The notes below the pieces were generated by a model. That model ran no database searches. It was not told the origin of the DNA and worked only from the letters and a program-made list of their open reading frames with translations. Positions 30,509-40,597 of a stretch of 57,847 bases of DNA are shown piece by piece. Origin of the DNA: an uncultured Thermodesulfobacteriota bacterium (GTDB lineage: Bacteria > Verrucomicrobiota > Verrucomicrobiia > Verrucomicrobiales > Akkermansiaceae); NCBI GenBank assembly GCA_964195395.1, contig CAXMPP010000001.1, positions 1 to 57,847 on the forward strand, given 5' to 3'. The stretch's first letter is position 1; each line of letters opens with the position of its first letter. A program made the translations under genes and the position numbers.

Positions 30509-31627
30509 ATGTCAAAACCAACTACCAAACCAGAACGCCCCTTTTTTTCCTCAGGTCCTTGTGCCAAAAGACCTGGCTATAACTTAGCTAGTCTGAACAC
30601 AGAATGCCTCGGCCGTTCACACCGCTCAGCCATCGGCAAGGCTGTGCTGAAAGAGGCAATCGATAAAACCCGCAAGATCCTCAACATTCCTGATGACTAC
30701 CTCATCGGCCTGGTCCCTGCATCTGACACTGGCGCCGTGGAAATGATCCTCTGGCACACTCTTGGTGAGCGAGCAGTCGACGTCTGCCACTGGGAATCCT
30801 TCGGTAAAGGCTGGCTCACTGACATCACCAAGCAACTCAAACTCCCCGAAGTAAACGAAATTACAGCGGACTACGGAGTTCTTCCAGACCTCTCTCAGGT
30901 CAACCCAGCAAACGACGTGGTATTCACTTACAATGGCACGACCTCAGGTGTACGCGTTCCCAATGCAGACTGGATCTCAGATGACCGCGAAGGCATCACC
31001 ATCTGTGACGCCACTTCTGCAGCCTTCGCCATGGATCTCCCATGGGCAAAGCTCGATGTCACCACCTATTCTTGGCAGAAAGTTCTCGGCGGAGAAGGTG
31101 GTCACGGCATGATCATCCTCAGCCCGAAAGCAGTCGCTAGAATCGAGTCCTTCAAGCCAGATCGCCCGCTTCCTAAAATCTTCCGTCTCCTCAGTGGCGA
31201 CTCAATCAATGCCGGCATCTTCCGTGGTGAAACCATCAACACACCATCCATGCTCGCCGTCGTCGACTACATCGACGCACTCGACTGGGCTGAGTCCATT
31301 GGTGGACTTCCTGCCATGATCGCTCGTGCAGATGCAAACACAGCAGTCATCGATAAGTTCGTGGCTGAGCGCGACTGGGCCAACAACCTAGCTGTGGACC
31401 CAGCCACCGCGTCCACCACCTCTGTCTGCCTCACCCTCAATCTCGCAGCCGACAAAGTCAAAGCGATGGTCAAGCTCCTCGGCGCAGAGGACGCAGCCTA
31501 TGACATCGGAGCTTACCGTGACGCCCCAGCTGGACTCCGCATTTGGTGTGGAGCTACCGTCAACAGCGAAGACCTAGAGGCACTCATCCCATGGCTCGAC
31601 TGGGCCTACGCTGAAGTCCAAAAATAA
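30509..31627 (+). CDS. serC: Phosphoserine aminotransferase (alphaproteobacterial/Methanosarcina type)
   Basis: [68 protein letters not shown]. Confidence 0.95.
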   Translation: MSKPTTKPERPFFSSGPCAKRPGYNLASLNTECLGRSHRSAIGKAVLKEAIDKTRKILNIPDDYLIGLVPASDTGAVEMILWHTLGERAVDVCHWESFGKGWLTDITKQLKLPEVNEITADYGVLPDLSQVNPANDVVFTYNGTTSGVRVPNADWISDDREGITICDATSAAFAMDLPWAKLDVTTYSWQKVLGGEGGHGMIILSPKAVARIESFKPDRPLPKIFRLLSGDSINAGIFRGETINTPSMLAVVDYIDALDWAESIGGLPAMIARADANTAVIDKFVAERDWANNLAVDPATASTTSVCLTLNLAADKVKAMVKLLGAEDAAYDIGAYRDAPAGLRIWCGATVNSEDLEALIPWLDWAYAEVQK

Positions 31628-31652
31628 CTGCACGTCCATAAATATTTCCACC

Positions 31653-31690
31653 AAAGAGGCTTCGTCGATCATGACGAAGCCTCTTTTTTT
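31653..31690 (+). terminator. Intrinsic terminator of serC
   Basis: AAAGAGGCTTCGTC...GACGAAGCCTCTTT plus T-run. Confidence 0.92.
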
Positions 31691-31825
31691 ACTCGGAGTA
31701 AAATGGACTAAAATAAGGACAGCTTTCCCAAAAACTAGTGCTACGAAGCGTGTCACCATTCTAAAATTATCTCTGAGTGCTGGTGACTGATGACCCAACT
31801 TCGCTGCTGGCTCTTAATTTGACTA

Positions 31826-32030
31826 ATACCACTTAGCAAAACCAAAGAGACAAATGTTCTTTTTGAGGGCTTTAGGAAAATGCGCTACGCGGAAAGCTAT
31901 GAGTGCTGGGCGCTTTCCTGATAAATCGGCGTTTCTCCTCAGTCATGGTGCTCGCACCACTCCCTCGTCTAGCCTTGATTCATCAAAAAATCACTCCAGC
32001 ATTAGTCTCTTTTGATTCACTAAGTGGTAT
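31826..32030. mobile_element. Candidate MITE-like non-coding element
   Basis: Imperfect terminal inverted repeats ATACCACTTAG-N7-AAAGAGAC-N-AATG at both ends, nested internal stems, no ORF. Confidence 0.5.
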
Positions 32031-32118
32031 AAGATCACAGCTATCACCCAGCATATCTTGCTCTACCTAGCACAGGATATGCAAAGCGATTTCACCGCGG
32101 ATGGGACAGATTCCTTGT

Positions 32119-33474
32119 ATGCTTATACCTGACCTCGGACTCGTTAAAAAATACAACAAGCCTGGCCCGCGCTACACATCTTACCCGACAGCGCCTCAGT
32201 TTTCCGATGCGGTTGACCTCGAAGATTTGCGCCATGAGGCGAGTCTCGAAACAGGCCCACTGTCGCTCTATTTTCATATCCCTTTTTGCCAATCTCTGTG
32301 TTGGTTCTGTGGCTGCACCAAGATCATAAGCAGCGGCCGGGAACCCGCCGATGCCTACCTAGATCAACTGGAACAAGAGATTGATGTCTACCTAGAAACC
32401 TCTCAACCTGGACGGCTCGTTCAGCAACTCCACTTCGGTGGAGGCACCCCGAACTACCTAGCTCCGGACCAGATCGACAGATTCTCCGACTACCTCCACA
32501 AGAATTTCAGCTTTGCTGACGACGCTGAAATCAGTGCCGAGCTAGATCCTCGCCGGCTCACGGAGGAACACATCTCGGCCTTCCGTCGACTCGGCGTCAA
32601 CCGCGTCTCCTTCGGCATGCAAGACATCCAGCTCAAGACCCAAGAAGCAGTCAACCGCGTACAGAGCGACGAGCAAAATCGCCAAGCCATCGAATGGGCA
32701 CGTGACGCGGGCATCAACTCTTTGAATATTGACCTCATCTATGGGCTCCCCTATCAAACACCCGAAACAATTCGCACCACCATCCGTCACGTCCTCCAAT
32801 ACGATCCAGACAGGCTAGCAATTTTCTCCTACGCCCACGTTCCTTGGATTGCACCTGCTCAGAAAATTCTCGACCGCCACGGGCTCCCCACTGCCGAGGC
32901 TAAAATCAAGATGCTCGGCGTGATCATTCAGGAACTCACCTCCAGCGGCTATCAGTACATCGGCATGGATCACTTTGCTAAGGTCGACGACTCACTCGCA
33001 ATCGCTCAGCGCAACAAAACGATGCAGCGAAACTTCCAAGGCTACTCAACTTTCAAGGATGTCGAAATCTGCGCATTCGGCATTTCCTCCATTTCTCAGA
33101 CGGCCAACAGCTACCGCCAAAACGTCAAAGACCTCGAGCAATACACCGCGAAACTGAGCGTCGATCAGTTTCCTACTGAAAAGGGCTACATCCTCACCGA
33201 GGACGACCGCATCCGCCGCACCACCATTATGAGACTGATGTGCGACCACTCACTCGACTACACCCAGCTCTCGCGCGATCTAGCAATCGACTTCAAAGAG
33301 TACTTCGCTGACGAGCTCGATAGTTTCACTGAAATGGAACGAGACGGGCTCCTAACTACTTCAGCCAATAAACTCCAAGTCACCCCTCAAGGAACACTCT
33401 TCATCCGCAACATCGCAATGCACTTTGATACGCACCTGGCCCAGTCCTCAGCCCGACATTCCAAGACCGTTTAG
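32119..33474 (+). CDS. hemN: Oxygen-independent coproporphyrinogen III dehydrogenase
   Basis: GPRYTSYPTA, HIPFC-SLC-FCGC radical SAM motif, GGGTP, IGMDHFA, RNFQGY. Confidence 0.96.
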   Translation: MLIPDLGLVKKYNKPGPRYTSYPTAPQFSDAVDLEDLRHEASLETGPLSLYFHIPFCQSLCWFCGCTKIISSGREPADAYLDQLEQEIDVYLETSQPGRLVQQLHFGGGTPNYLAPDQIDRFSDYLHKNFSFADDAEISAELDPRRLTEEHISAFRRLGVNRVSFGMQDIQLKTQEAVNRVQSDEQNRQAIEWARDAGINSLNIDLIYGLPYQTPETIRTTIRHVLQYDPDRLAIFSYAHVPWIAPAQKILDRHGLPTAEAKIKMLGVIIQELTSSGYQYIGMDHFAKVDDSLAIAQRNKTMQRNFQGYSTFKDVEICAFGISSISQTANSYRQNVKDLEQYTAKLSVDQFPTEKGYILTEDDRIRRTTIMRLMCDHSLDYTQLSRDLAIDFKEYFADELDSFTEMERDGLLTTSANKLQVTPQGTLFIRNIAMHFDTHLAQSSARHSKTV

Positions 33475-34034
33475 CTCTCACTCCTGCCCAATTCGCGAAG
33501 CTTCACGTCTGCTATATCGACAAATGCTTGCAACAAATCGTTAGCCACAGAAATCCCGACCGCAGCCAGAGCGCCATAAAGCAAGCTGAGCAGAATTGCC
33601 ACCACAGACTCTAGGGCGATACTCGCACGTAGTCCTAAAAATATAGTAATGGCAGCGATGCAATACGCGACGATGGCTAGAAGCGTAATCCAGCGCCTCA
33701 AATCTTTGTACGACGAATGCTTTTGAAGTTCAGCCTTATCGATTTTAGGCGCTAGGGCTTTATCCGTTTCGTTAGTAGCCTTCGGTTCATCTAACTCGAC
33801 TGCTACCCTGTGAACTTTATTCTCAGATTCTTTCCTTAGCAACTTCGAGACTTTAAATACTACCTCCTCGGTAGCTCCACCATTTCGCTCAAGCACTACA
33901 ATGGAATCTTCATTGGAAAGTCCGTCAATTTGTTTGATGAAAGCTATTGCTGCTTTGCGACACGAGAACTCTGAGATTGAACTCTCCCATTCCCTAGCCC
34001 CTTGACGCTTCACACTATATTCTTTCTCAGTCAT
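33471..34034 (-). CDS. Hypothetical membrane protein (two C-terminal TMs)
   Basis: 187-aa ORF; Y--LR...TM-TM...D-AD pattern. Confidence 0.7.
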   Translation of the reverse strand: MTEKEYSVKRQGAREWESSISEFSCRKAAIAFIKQIDGLSNEDSIVVLERNGGATEEVVFKVSKLLRKESENKVHRVAVELDEPKATNETDKALAPKIDKAELQKHSSYKDLRRWITLLAIVAYCIAAITIFLGLRASIALESVVAILLSLLYGALAAVGISVANDLLQAFVDIADVKLRELGRSES

Positions 34035-34340
34035 CTGAGACGATTCCTAACAAACCACAGGTAAAATGGATAGATGAATTTCACCTCTCACCTAACAATC
34101 TATCAGTAGAAAGCAGATCGATTTCCCTCAAACTTTGAATTCCCTCTGCAGCCCCTCACCATTACAATTCACTATTTCGCAGGATCATTTGATAAATGAG
34201 ACTGGCATCGACCGTAGATTTCAGCTGACGAGCAAGATTATCAAGAAGAAGGTCTAGAGAGTGATAAGTTAAGGTTGCGTAAATGATCGTACTTGAATAT
34301 GTACTCTCTATCACGCATGTAATGTGCACCGAATTTCCCC

Positions 34341-35747
34341 ATGATGGAACAAAATACAGAACGTAAGCATGTTGCGATCATTGGAGCCGGAATCACCGGA
34401 CTCAGTGCTGCTTATCATTTACAGCAAGCTGGGCACAGCGTCGTCATCTTCGAAAACTCCTCTAGAATTGGTGGTGCTATCCAGAGCTCCAGTAAAGATG
34501 GTTTTCTTTATGAGCATGGACCAAACTCACTGATGGTGAATGACAAAAGGGTTGAAAATCTCATTCAGAAAGTAAACCTAGACCCTGAAGTCCTCGTCGC
34601 CAACAAGGCTGCCAACAAGCGCTTTGTAGTGCACCAAGGAAAACTCAACACCTTGCCCAGTTCCCCCGCGAGCTTCCTCACCAGCCCACTCTTTTCCCTC
34701 AAAGCCAAACTCCGACTAGCCAAGGAGCCGTTCATCGCTAAGCGCCCACCCGAAGCGGGCGCCGAATCTTTTGCTGACTTTGTCCGACGCCGACTCGGCC
34801 CAGAAATACTAGAAAAAGCCGCAGGCCCATTCGTCAATGGCATCTATGCCGGCGACCCTAACAGGCTTTCTACCACTCACGCATTCCCACGCCTGTTCGC
34901 TCTAGAGCAAGACCATGGATCACTTTTCAAAGGAATGCTCAAGACAGCCGGTGAGATCAAAAAAGGCAAGGGCGACACCAATCGACTGGCTAAGCGCGAA
35001 ATCATTTCATTCAAGGATGGCATGGAGTCCCTCCCCAAGGGAATTGCCGCTATTCTTGAAGAAGGCACCCTCTTCCTCGACACCAAGCTCGGTGGCATTT
35101 CTTACAACAAGAAAACCAAGCGCTGGCACATCGACTGGAAGGGCAAAAATGGAACTATAGGCCAAGGCTGTTTTAACGACCTCATCATCACTGTACCTGC
35201 CCACAAGTTAGAAGAGCTACCGTTAGAGGGCAAAGTCCTAGATGCCATTTCCAGAGTGCCCCACCTCGATTACCCACCAGTAGCCAGCATGATGTTAGGC
35301 TTCAAACGCAGCCAGGTGAAACACCCGCTAGACGGCTTCGGCATGCTCAATGCACTCAACGAGAAGTCTAAGATCCTCGGGGCGCTCTTCACCTCCACGC
35401 TCTTCCCTGGCAGAGCTCCAGACGACTGTGTCGCTATCAACATCATGCTTGGCGGAACACGCACTCCCGAATACGGGAAAATGAGTGAGAGCGCTATGAA
35501 AGCTTCAACCATGGACGAACTCCGCCGCCTCCTTGGCATCGATGGCAGTCCAGTCTTCAGCAGTCTAGTCCGATGGGAAAAAGCGATCCCTCAGGTCAAT
35601 ATAGGATACAGCTCGATCCTTGAGCAACTCGAACAATGCGAACGCAAGTTCTCAGGTATCCATTTTGCAGGAAACTACCGCGGAGGCATCTCCGTTGGCG
35701 ACTGCATTATCAACGGAATCAAACTCACCGAGAAAATTTCAACATAA
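34341..35747 (+). CDS. hemY: Protoporphyrinogen oxidase, HemY type
   Basis: GAGITGL-AA FAD fold, E-GPNS, GIYAGD, GFG-L, W--AIPQ, GISVGDCI. Confidence 0.92.
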   Translation: MMEQNTERKHVAIIGAGITGLSAAYHLQQAGHSVVIFENSSRIGGAIQSSSKDGFLYEHGPNSLMVNDKRVENLIQKVNLDPEVLVANKAANKRFVVHQGKLNTLPSSPASFLTSPLFSLKAKLRLAKEPFIAKRPPEAGAESFADFVRRRLGPEILEKAAGPFVNGIYAGDPNRLSTTHAFPRLFALEQDHGSLFKGMLKTAGEIKKGKGDTNRLAKREIISFKDGMESLPKGIAAILEEGTLFLDTKLGGISYNKKTKRWHIDWKGKNGTIGQGCFNDLIITVPAHKLEELPLEGKVLDAISRVPHLDYPPVASMMLGFKRSQVKHPLDGFGMLNALNEKSKILGALFTSTLFPGRAPDDCVAINIMLGGTRTPEYGKMSESAMKASTMDELRRLLGIDGSPVFSSLVRWEKAIPQVNIGYSSILEQLEQCERKFSGIHFAGNYRGGISVGDCIINGIKLTEKIST

Positions 35748-35807
35748 CCCTTTTCACCAGCAGTGCCTGAACACTCTAGACACTCACTTCTCAATCTTAC
35801 ACACATC

Positions 35808-36827
35808 ATGGCTAAAAAAGGCGTCATTCTTCTTAATTTAGGTTCTCCAGACTCGACTAGCTTCGAGGACGTTCGCACCTATCTTGACCAATTTCTCTCA
35901 GACGATCGAGTACTCGATCTGAACCCGATTTTTCGTAAACTCTTGCTCAAGCTTGTAATCTTGCCGAAACGCCCGAAACAGGCAGGCGAAGCCTATGACA
36001 AGATCTGGACCGAACAAGGATCTCCACTCGTCGTCACCAGTGTCGCGCAGCAAAAACTGGTACAGGAGAACACCGACACTCCTATCTACCTCGGCATGCG
36101 CTACGGTAATCCGTCGACCGAGTCGATCGTTGCCGAAATGAAAAAAGATGGCATCGACGACCTGATGATCATTCCGCTGTATCCACAGTATGCGATGTCC
36201 AGCTATGAATCCGCAGTGGTCGAGCTAATGGAGCAACTGCGCGCACAAGGGCTTGGTGAAATCAACACGGTCCTCGTTCAACCATTTTACAAAGACCCTC
36301 AGTATATTGACGCTCTCTGGGAATCCATCCGACCTAGCTACGAAGGGTCTGGAGCGCACCTGATGATGTCCTTCCACGGCATCCCCCAGCGCCACGTCCA
36401 GAAGACTGACCCGTCTCACGACCATTGCCTCAAGACAAAAGACTGCTGTACCACTCCGCATCCAGCTCACGCTACTTGCTATAGCCACCAATGCTATGCT
36501 GCAGCTTACGCGCTGATGGCTAAGGGCGGCCTGCACCATGACGATGTCACTATCTCATTCCAGTCACGCCTTCTCAAAGATCCATGGCTCAAGCCCTACA
36601 CTGATTTTGAAATCGAGCGCCTCGCTAAAGAAGGGGTCAAAAAGCTTAAAGTCATATGTCCAGCATTCATCACAGATTGCCTAGAAACTCTCGAAGAAAT
36701 CGCGATGGAAGGCAAAGAGCAATTTCTTAGCCTTGGTGGTGAAGAATTCGAGCTTATCCCATGCCTCAACACCCACCCAGCGTGGATCAAGTGGCTCAAC
36801 GATAAGATCGAGCGCTGGGAGGCTTGA
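35808..36827 (+). CDS. hemH: Ferrochelatase
   Basis: LLNLGSP, MRYGNP, PLYPQYA-SS, SFHGIP, FQSR, WLKP, DCLETLEEI. Confidence 0.96.
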   Translation: MAKKGVILLNLGSPDSTSFEDVRTYLDQFLSDDRVLDLNPIFRKLLLKLVILPKRPKQAGEAYDKIWTEQGSPLVVTSVAQQKLVQENTDTPIYLGMRYGNPSTESIVAEMKKDGIDDLMIIPLYPQYAMSSYESAVVELMEQLRAQGLGEINTVLVQPFYKDPQYIDALWESIRPSYEGSGAHLMMSFHGIPQRHVQKTDPSHDHCLKTKDCCTTPHPAHATCYSHQCYAAAYALMAKGGLHHDDVTISFQSRLLKDPWLKPYTDFEIERLAKEGVKKLKVICPAFITDCLETLEEIAMEGKEQFLSLGGEEFELIPCLNTHPAWIKWLNDKIERWEA

Positions 36828-36945
36828 ACCTCCAGTTTTATAGTAGGCAGTCAAAAACTCCTTCTCTTTTTGATGTAAGGGGTTAAACTGACTGTCAACC
36901 GAGTGTGGCAACCAGCATTACGCCACCTCAAAACTACACACTACA

Positions 36946-37236
36946 ATGAAACTCAAATATATCCTCATCTGTGCTGCATCAACTGCTGTAATAGTCTCTT
37001 GCGAAGACGCTCAAAAAACAGTTTCTGATACAGCTGAAAAATCAACTAGCACTGCGACAGAAGCACCTGAAGTTATTCCCACTGAGACTACTGAGACTAC
37101 TGAGACTGCTGAGACTGCTGAGACTGCTGAGACTGCTGAAGGAACCGCTGATGCAGCTAATAGCTCTATTGATTCAGCGGACGCTGCGGAAAATCCTGTT
37201 GATGAAACCGCAGACCCACTCATTCAACCTAAATAA
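36946..37236 (+). CDS. Small acidic low-complexity lipoprotein
   Basis: Signal peptide with IVSC lipobox; T/E/A-rich tail. Confidence 0.75.
   Translation: MKLKYILICAASTAVIVSCEDAQKTVSDTAEKSTSTATEAPEVIPTETTETTETAETAETAETAEGTADAANSSIDSADAAENPVDETADPLIQPK
37081..37140 (+). repeat. In-frame 9-bp tandem repeat
   Basis: (ACTGAGACT)3(GCTGAGACT)3 GCTGAA. Confidence 0.95.
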
Positions 37237-37478
37237 TTCTCTCTCAGAGAACGCTTTAAAGTGAAACCCCACATTGCCAACTCTTGGCTATGCGGACGTT
37301 TCTTACCCTCTTCACGAGTAAACTCTTCAAATGTGGCGTCGAAAAAGATTGGTAACGCCAACTAACGATTGTAGTTAAAAAGCACTCAATCCGAGCCATA
37401 CGTTAGAACAACTCGAAGAAATCGCGCATCCGCAGCTTGTATGGCTCCAGTGATAAGCAACCATCTCGAAGCTGGCTA

Positions 37479-39758
37479 TTATTTCATCAACTCATCTTGA
37501 GTATAATTCTTGGTACGCCCTTTCGTCTCAGCTCTCACTTTTTTGACTAGATCCGCTTTCACCACGCCGCCTTTGTTGCCCTTCATATAACGGATATATG
37601 TCATCACGCATGCCAAGTCTTCATCAGACAGGTCGGCTCGCTGAACAAATTTCGGCATAGCCTGTGCTGCTTTAAAAGGAACTCCATTCACTTTGATTGG
37701 GCCTTCGAGACCATGCAGAATGACTTTCGCGAGCCTGCTAGGATCTCCATTGACCCAGTCTGATGGCGCTATCTGTGGGAACAAGTCGCCTTGGCCTTGT
37801 CCTTCCAGACCGTGGCAAGCCATGCAAGTAGCACTGCCTAGGTAGAGTTTTTTTCCGTGATCGTATCTTGCTTTGTCAGACTTAGGTACTACCGGCGCCT
37901 TTACCTCGTTTGATTTATCTAGAGACTTTCTAGCGAGTACTAATTGCTTCGCTAGATTCTTCTCTTTTGGATCACTCCAATCATTCGATAGCTGAAGATT
38001 CTTACCGAGCCCGCTTACGTAGGCTTCGGCTAACAACCCAACTTGTTTGGAGAATTGAGCGATATGCTCTTGAGCTCTATGATAGCCTGGCTCAGATCCA
38101 AGTCGCGCTAGAGCATACACCAATGATAGAGCACTTTGTGATTTAGGCTGAAAAGCTAAAATAGCCTCATCGATTGGGCTGTCAGCGAGGTGAGCTAGTT
38201 CAAGAGCCGCTGCATTCAGCTCATAATCCTCGGCTTTAAGGCAATGCTTAACAAAGTTTGCTGAGATTGATCCCGTGGACTCGTACACCCAAAGAGCATG
38301 GAGCTTGGCATATTTCCCCGAAAGCTTCGTACGAGCAGCCTCAGTAAAGGTTTTTAGTTTGGCTGGGTCTTGCACGAGGCCGACTAGCAACCTTTGAGCA
38401 GTATCTCGTACAGTTCCGTTTCTGTGAGATAAATAAGGAACTAGTGCGTCCACAGATTTACCAGAAAGTTTCACGGCTTTGTTCAGAGGATTTTTAGCAT
38501 AACGAATGCGGTACAGCCTCCCATTGTTAGGCATTGGTTTATCTAGACTACGGCTAGCATATTGCCTCCGCAGATAGCTCGTCATGTAGGCTTTATGTTG
38601 AAGTAGGCCAAAGTACATGTCGATCACCCATAACGAGCCATCTGGCGCGGTATAGACGTTGACTGGTCGAAACCATTCGTCAGTGGAGGCGAGAAACTCA
38701 CTCTCCTCGAAACGAAACTTTCCTTGTAATTTATTATCTGCACCACGGTCCAAATCGATCAATTTCAGCAAATTGGCCCCGGGTTCGGTCGAGAATCCAG
38801 ATCCGTAATAGCTATCGGGAAAGTTTTCTCCTCGGTAAATGGCCATCCCGGCGGCCGCTGTCGCATTAACTAACTTTCCGTCTTTATCCAAAGTTCCCTT
38901 TCGGTAGGCACGGTTTAGACCTGGATTCATCCGGATTGGATACACTTTGTTCGTTGCCGCACGTTGAGACATTCTATACTTAGGCGTGTAGCCTTGTATA
39001 TTCCTGAAAAGGTTTGGCCGGTACTGATCGCCTATCAGCAAGGTGCTGTTAGTATTGTGGAATAGTCTACCAAAGTCATCTTGAGCAATGCCCCACTGCC
39101 CACGAAATGCAGTTTTCTGCATTACCCATTTGCCATTGATTCTGCGAAACCGCTTATCGGACTTCGCACTGTAATACCAGTTATCACGCGCTAGGAGCAG
39201 GCCGTTTGCTTGGTGTTCAGCATTGCCTCCCACTGCGTAGCTGGCGTCGAGCACTTCTGGCTCACCGACTGGCTTGAGCCCATTGCGTTTGATGAATTGG
39301 AGTTTGCCTGAGCTGGCAAACAGTACTCCATTGGTGGTTACCGCGACAGCGCGCGGCATGACAAGTTTGTCTAGAAAGACCGTAGATTTATCTAACTTTC
39401 CGTCTCCTGTCGTATCTTCAAAGACTTTGATTTTCCCGGTAGGGACCTCTTCGTCATTGCCATCGAGATCGACCATGTATTGAGTCATTTCTACTACCCA
39501 TGCCCGGCTATCCGCATCGAAGGATAAAGCGACTGGCACATGGATTTTGGAATCCTCAATAATCGGCTCGATCACAAACCCATCAGCCAATTGGAATGAC
39601 TTGAGCGCGTCGGCTTGGGTCAGTAGAGGAGAAGGTGGAATCTCCGATGCGGGAATTGGGTCTTGCTGGACTTGTCCTTTTTTGTCTTTGTTATCCCCTT
39701 GCTGGGCATAACAAAAGGAACTGCCCGCCAATATAATGGAAATGACTCTACTAAACAT
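37479..39758 (-). CDS. PVC-type membrane-associated dehydrogenase-like protein: beta-propeller, HEAT-like repeats, C-terminal cytochrome c
   Basis: Signal peptide; EDTTGDGKLDK, RGQWG, DDFGR, FRPV---APDG-L-V-DMY; heme motif CMACH and distal MP. Confidence 0.88.
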   Translation of the reverse strand: MFSRVISIILAGSSFCYAQQGDNKDKKGQVQQDPIPASEIPPSPLLTQADALKSFQLADGFVIEPIIEDSKIHVPVALSFDADSRAWVVEMTQYMVDLDGNDEEVPTGKIKVFEDTTGDGKLDKSTVFLDKLVMPRAVAVTTNGVLFASSGKLQFIKRNGLKPVGEPEVLDASYAVGGNAEHQANGLLLARDNWYYSAKSDKRFRRINGKWVMQKTAFRGQWGIAQDDFGRLFHNTNSTLLIGDQYRPNLFRNIQGYTPKYRMSQRAATNKVYPIRMNPGLNRAYRKGTLDKDGKLVNATAAAGMAIYRGENFPDSYYGSGFSTEPGANLLKLIDLDRGADNKLQGKFRFEESEFLASTDEWFRPVNVYTAPDGSLWVIDMYFGLLQHKAYMTSYLRRQYASRSLDKPMPNNGRLYRIRYAKNPLNKAVKLSGKSVDALVPYLSHRNGTVRDTAQRLLVGLVQDPAKLKTFTEAARTKLSGKYAKLHALWVYESTGSISANFVKHCLKAEDYELNAAALELAHLADSPIDEAILAFQPKSQSALSLVYALARLGSEPGYHRAQEHIAQFSKQVGLLAEAYVSGLGKNLQLSNDWSDPKEKNLAKQLVLARKSLDKSNEVKAPVVPKSDKARYDHGKKLYLGSATCMACHGLEGQGQGDLFPQIAPSDWVNGDPSRLAKVILHGLEGPIKVNGVPFKAAQAMPKFVQRADLSDEDLACVMTYIRYMKGNKGGVVKADLVKKVRAETKGRTKNYTQDELMK

Positions 39759-39764
39759 CAAAGT

Positions 39765-40526
39765 CTATTCTCCTTTTGTGGTTACTTGAATCGGCTTTAA
39801 CTGGATGTTTTTCCAGCGAACGTTGCAGGATTTCCCACCGTGCACCTGAAGTCCAAAGAAGCCTTCGCGGGTGTCGTTTTTCTTGTCTTGATCGATGAAG
39901 TCGACGCGCTTTTCTCCATTGAGCCAGGTCTGAATATGGTTTCCCTCACAACGAACCACGATGGTATTCCAATCGTCCCACTTAAAAAGTTTCTGCCCTT
40001 GCTTAGTGAATGCTTCGCGCTTTTTGGCTTCCTCATCGCCACCCTTTTTCACTGGGAAGAGCCAGCCACGACGGGCTTCATCATAGATCCCCGCTGTCCA
40101 GCTACGGTCACCATTGTCACCTTCACATTGGTAGCCGAATACGCGACCATTGCCATCGTCCGATGGTTTTTGATTCGCCCGAAACATCAAACCGGAATTA
40201 CCTGTCCGATCGTCGAATTTGAACTCAAAAGTGAGTTCAAAATCCGTGAATGTCTTCTCAGTGCGTAAAAAAGTATTGCCTTTGACATTCTCCCCAAATC
40301 CAACAATGCATCCGTCCTCGACCTTGAACTGGCCATTGCCACCGACAATCTTCCAGCCGCTGAGGTCTTTACCATTAAAGAGAGGGATCGCCTCATCGAC
40401 CTGTGCCGATTTCAACTTAACTGGCACCTTAGTTTCGGCAGCGATTCCGCCAGAGTTCAGAGCCGCGGAAAAGAGAACAGCACTAAAGGCGAAGCCTACT
40501 TTGTGATTGAGTGAGGATATGGTCAT
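39765..40526 (-). CDS. DUF1080 / 3-keto-disaccharide hydrolase family protein, exported
   Basis: LFNGKDLSGW, DFEL-FEFK, NSG-MFR, GYQ-E, WN, W-NG, G-FGLQVH, WKNI. Confidence 0.93.
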   Translation of the reverse strand: MTISSLNHKVGFAFSAVLFSAALNSGGIAAETKVPVKLKSAQVDEAIPLFNGKDLSGWKIVGGNGQFKVEDGCIVGFGENVKGNTFLRTEKTFTDFELTFEFKFDDRTGNSGLMFRANQKPSDDGNGRVFGYQCEGDNGDRSWTAGIYDEARRGWLFPVKKGGDEEAKKREAFTKQGQKLFKWDDWNTIVVRCEGNHIQTWLNGEKRVDFIDQDKKNDTREGFFGLQVHGGKSCNVRWKNIQLKPIQVTTKGE

Positions 40527-40569
40527 TACTCAGTATACGTAACCCATAAAGAATTTATAGCAAACACTT

Positions 40570-40597
40570 CGCATTCCTTCTTCACGTTTTACGACAA
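40570..40597 (-). promoter_or_regulatory. Candidate regulator binding site (copy 1)
   Basis: 20/28 identity to 47555-47582; 44 bp upstream of the DUF1080 start. Confidence 0.55.

Noticed and set aside
31745-31810. Hammerhead-like CTGATGA next to a stem
   Set aside because: No GAAA after a stem II, and the would-be cleavage triplet is GTG, not NUH
31975-31986. FNR-box-like TTGAT-TC-ATCAA upstream of hemN
   Set aside because: Spacer is 2 nt rather than the required 4, and it lies inside the MITE-like element
37081-37140. Possible CRISPR-like repeat
   Set aside because: Contiguous 9-bp in-frame units without spacers; no cas genes
37393-37447. Inverted repeat GAGCCATAC/GTATGGCTC
   Set aside because: Single 9-bp stem with a long loop between convergent genes; no further support beyond a possible terminator role
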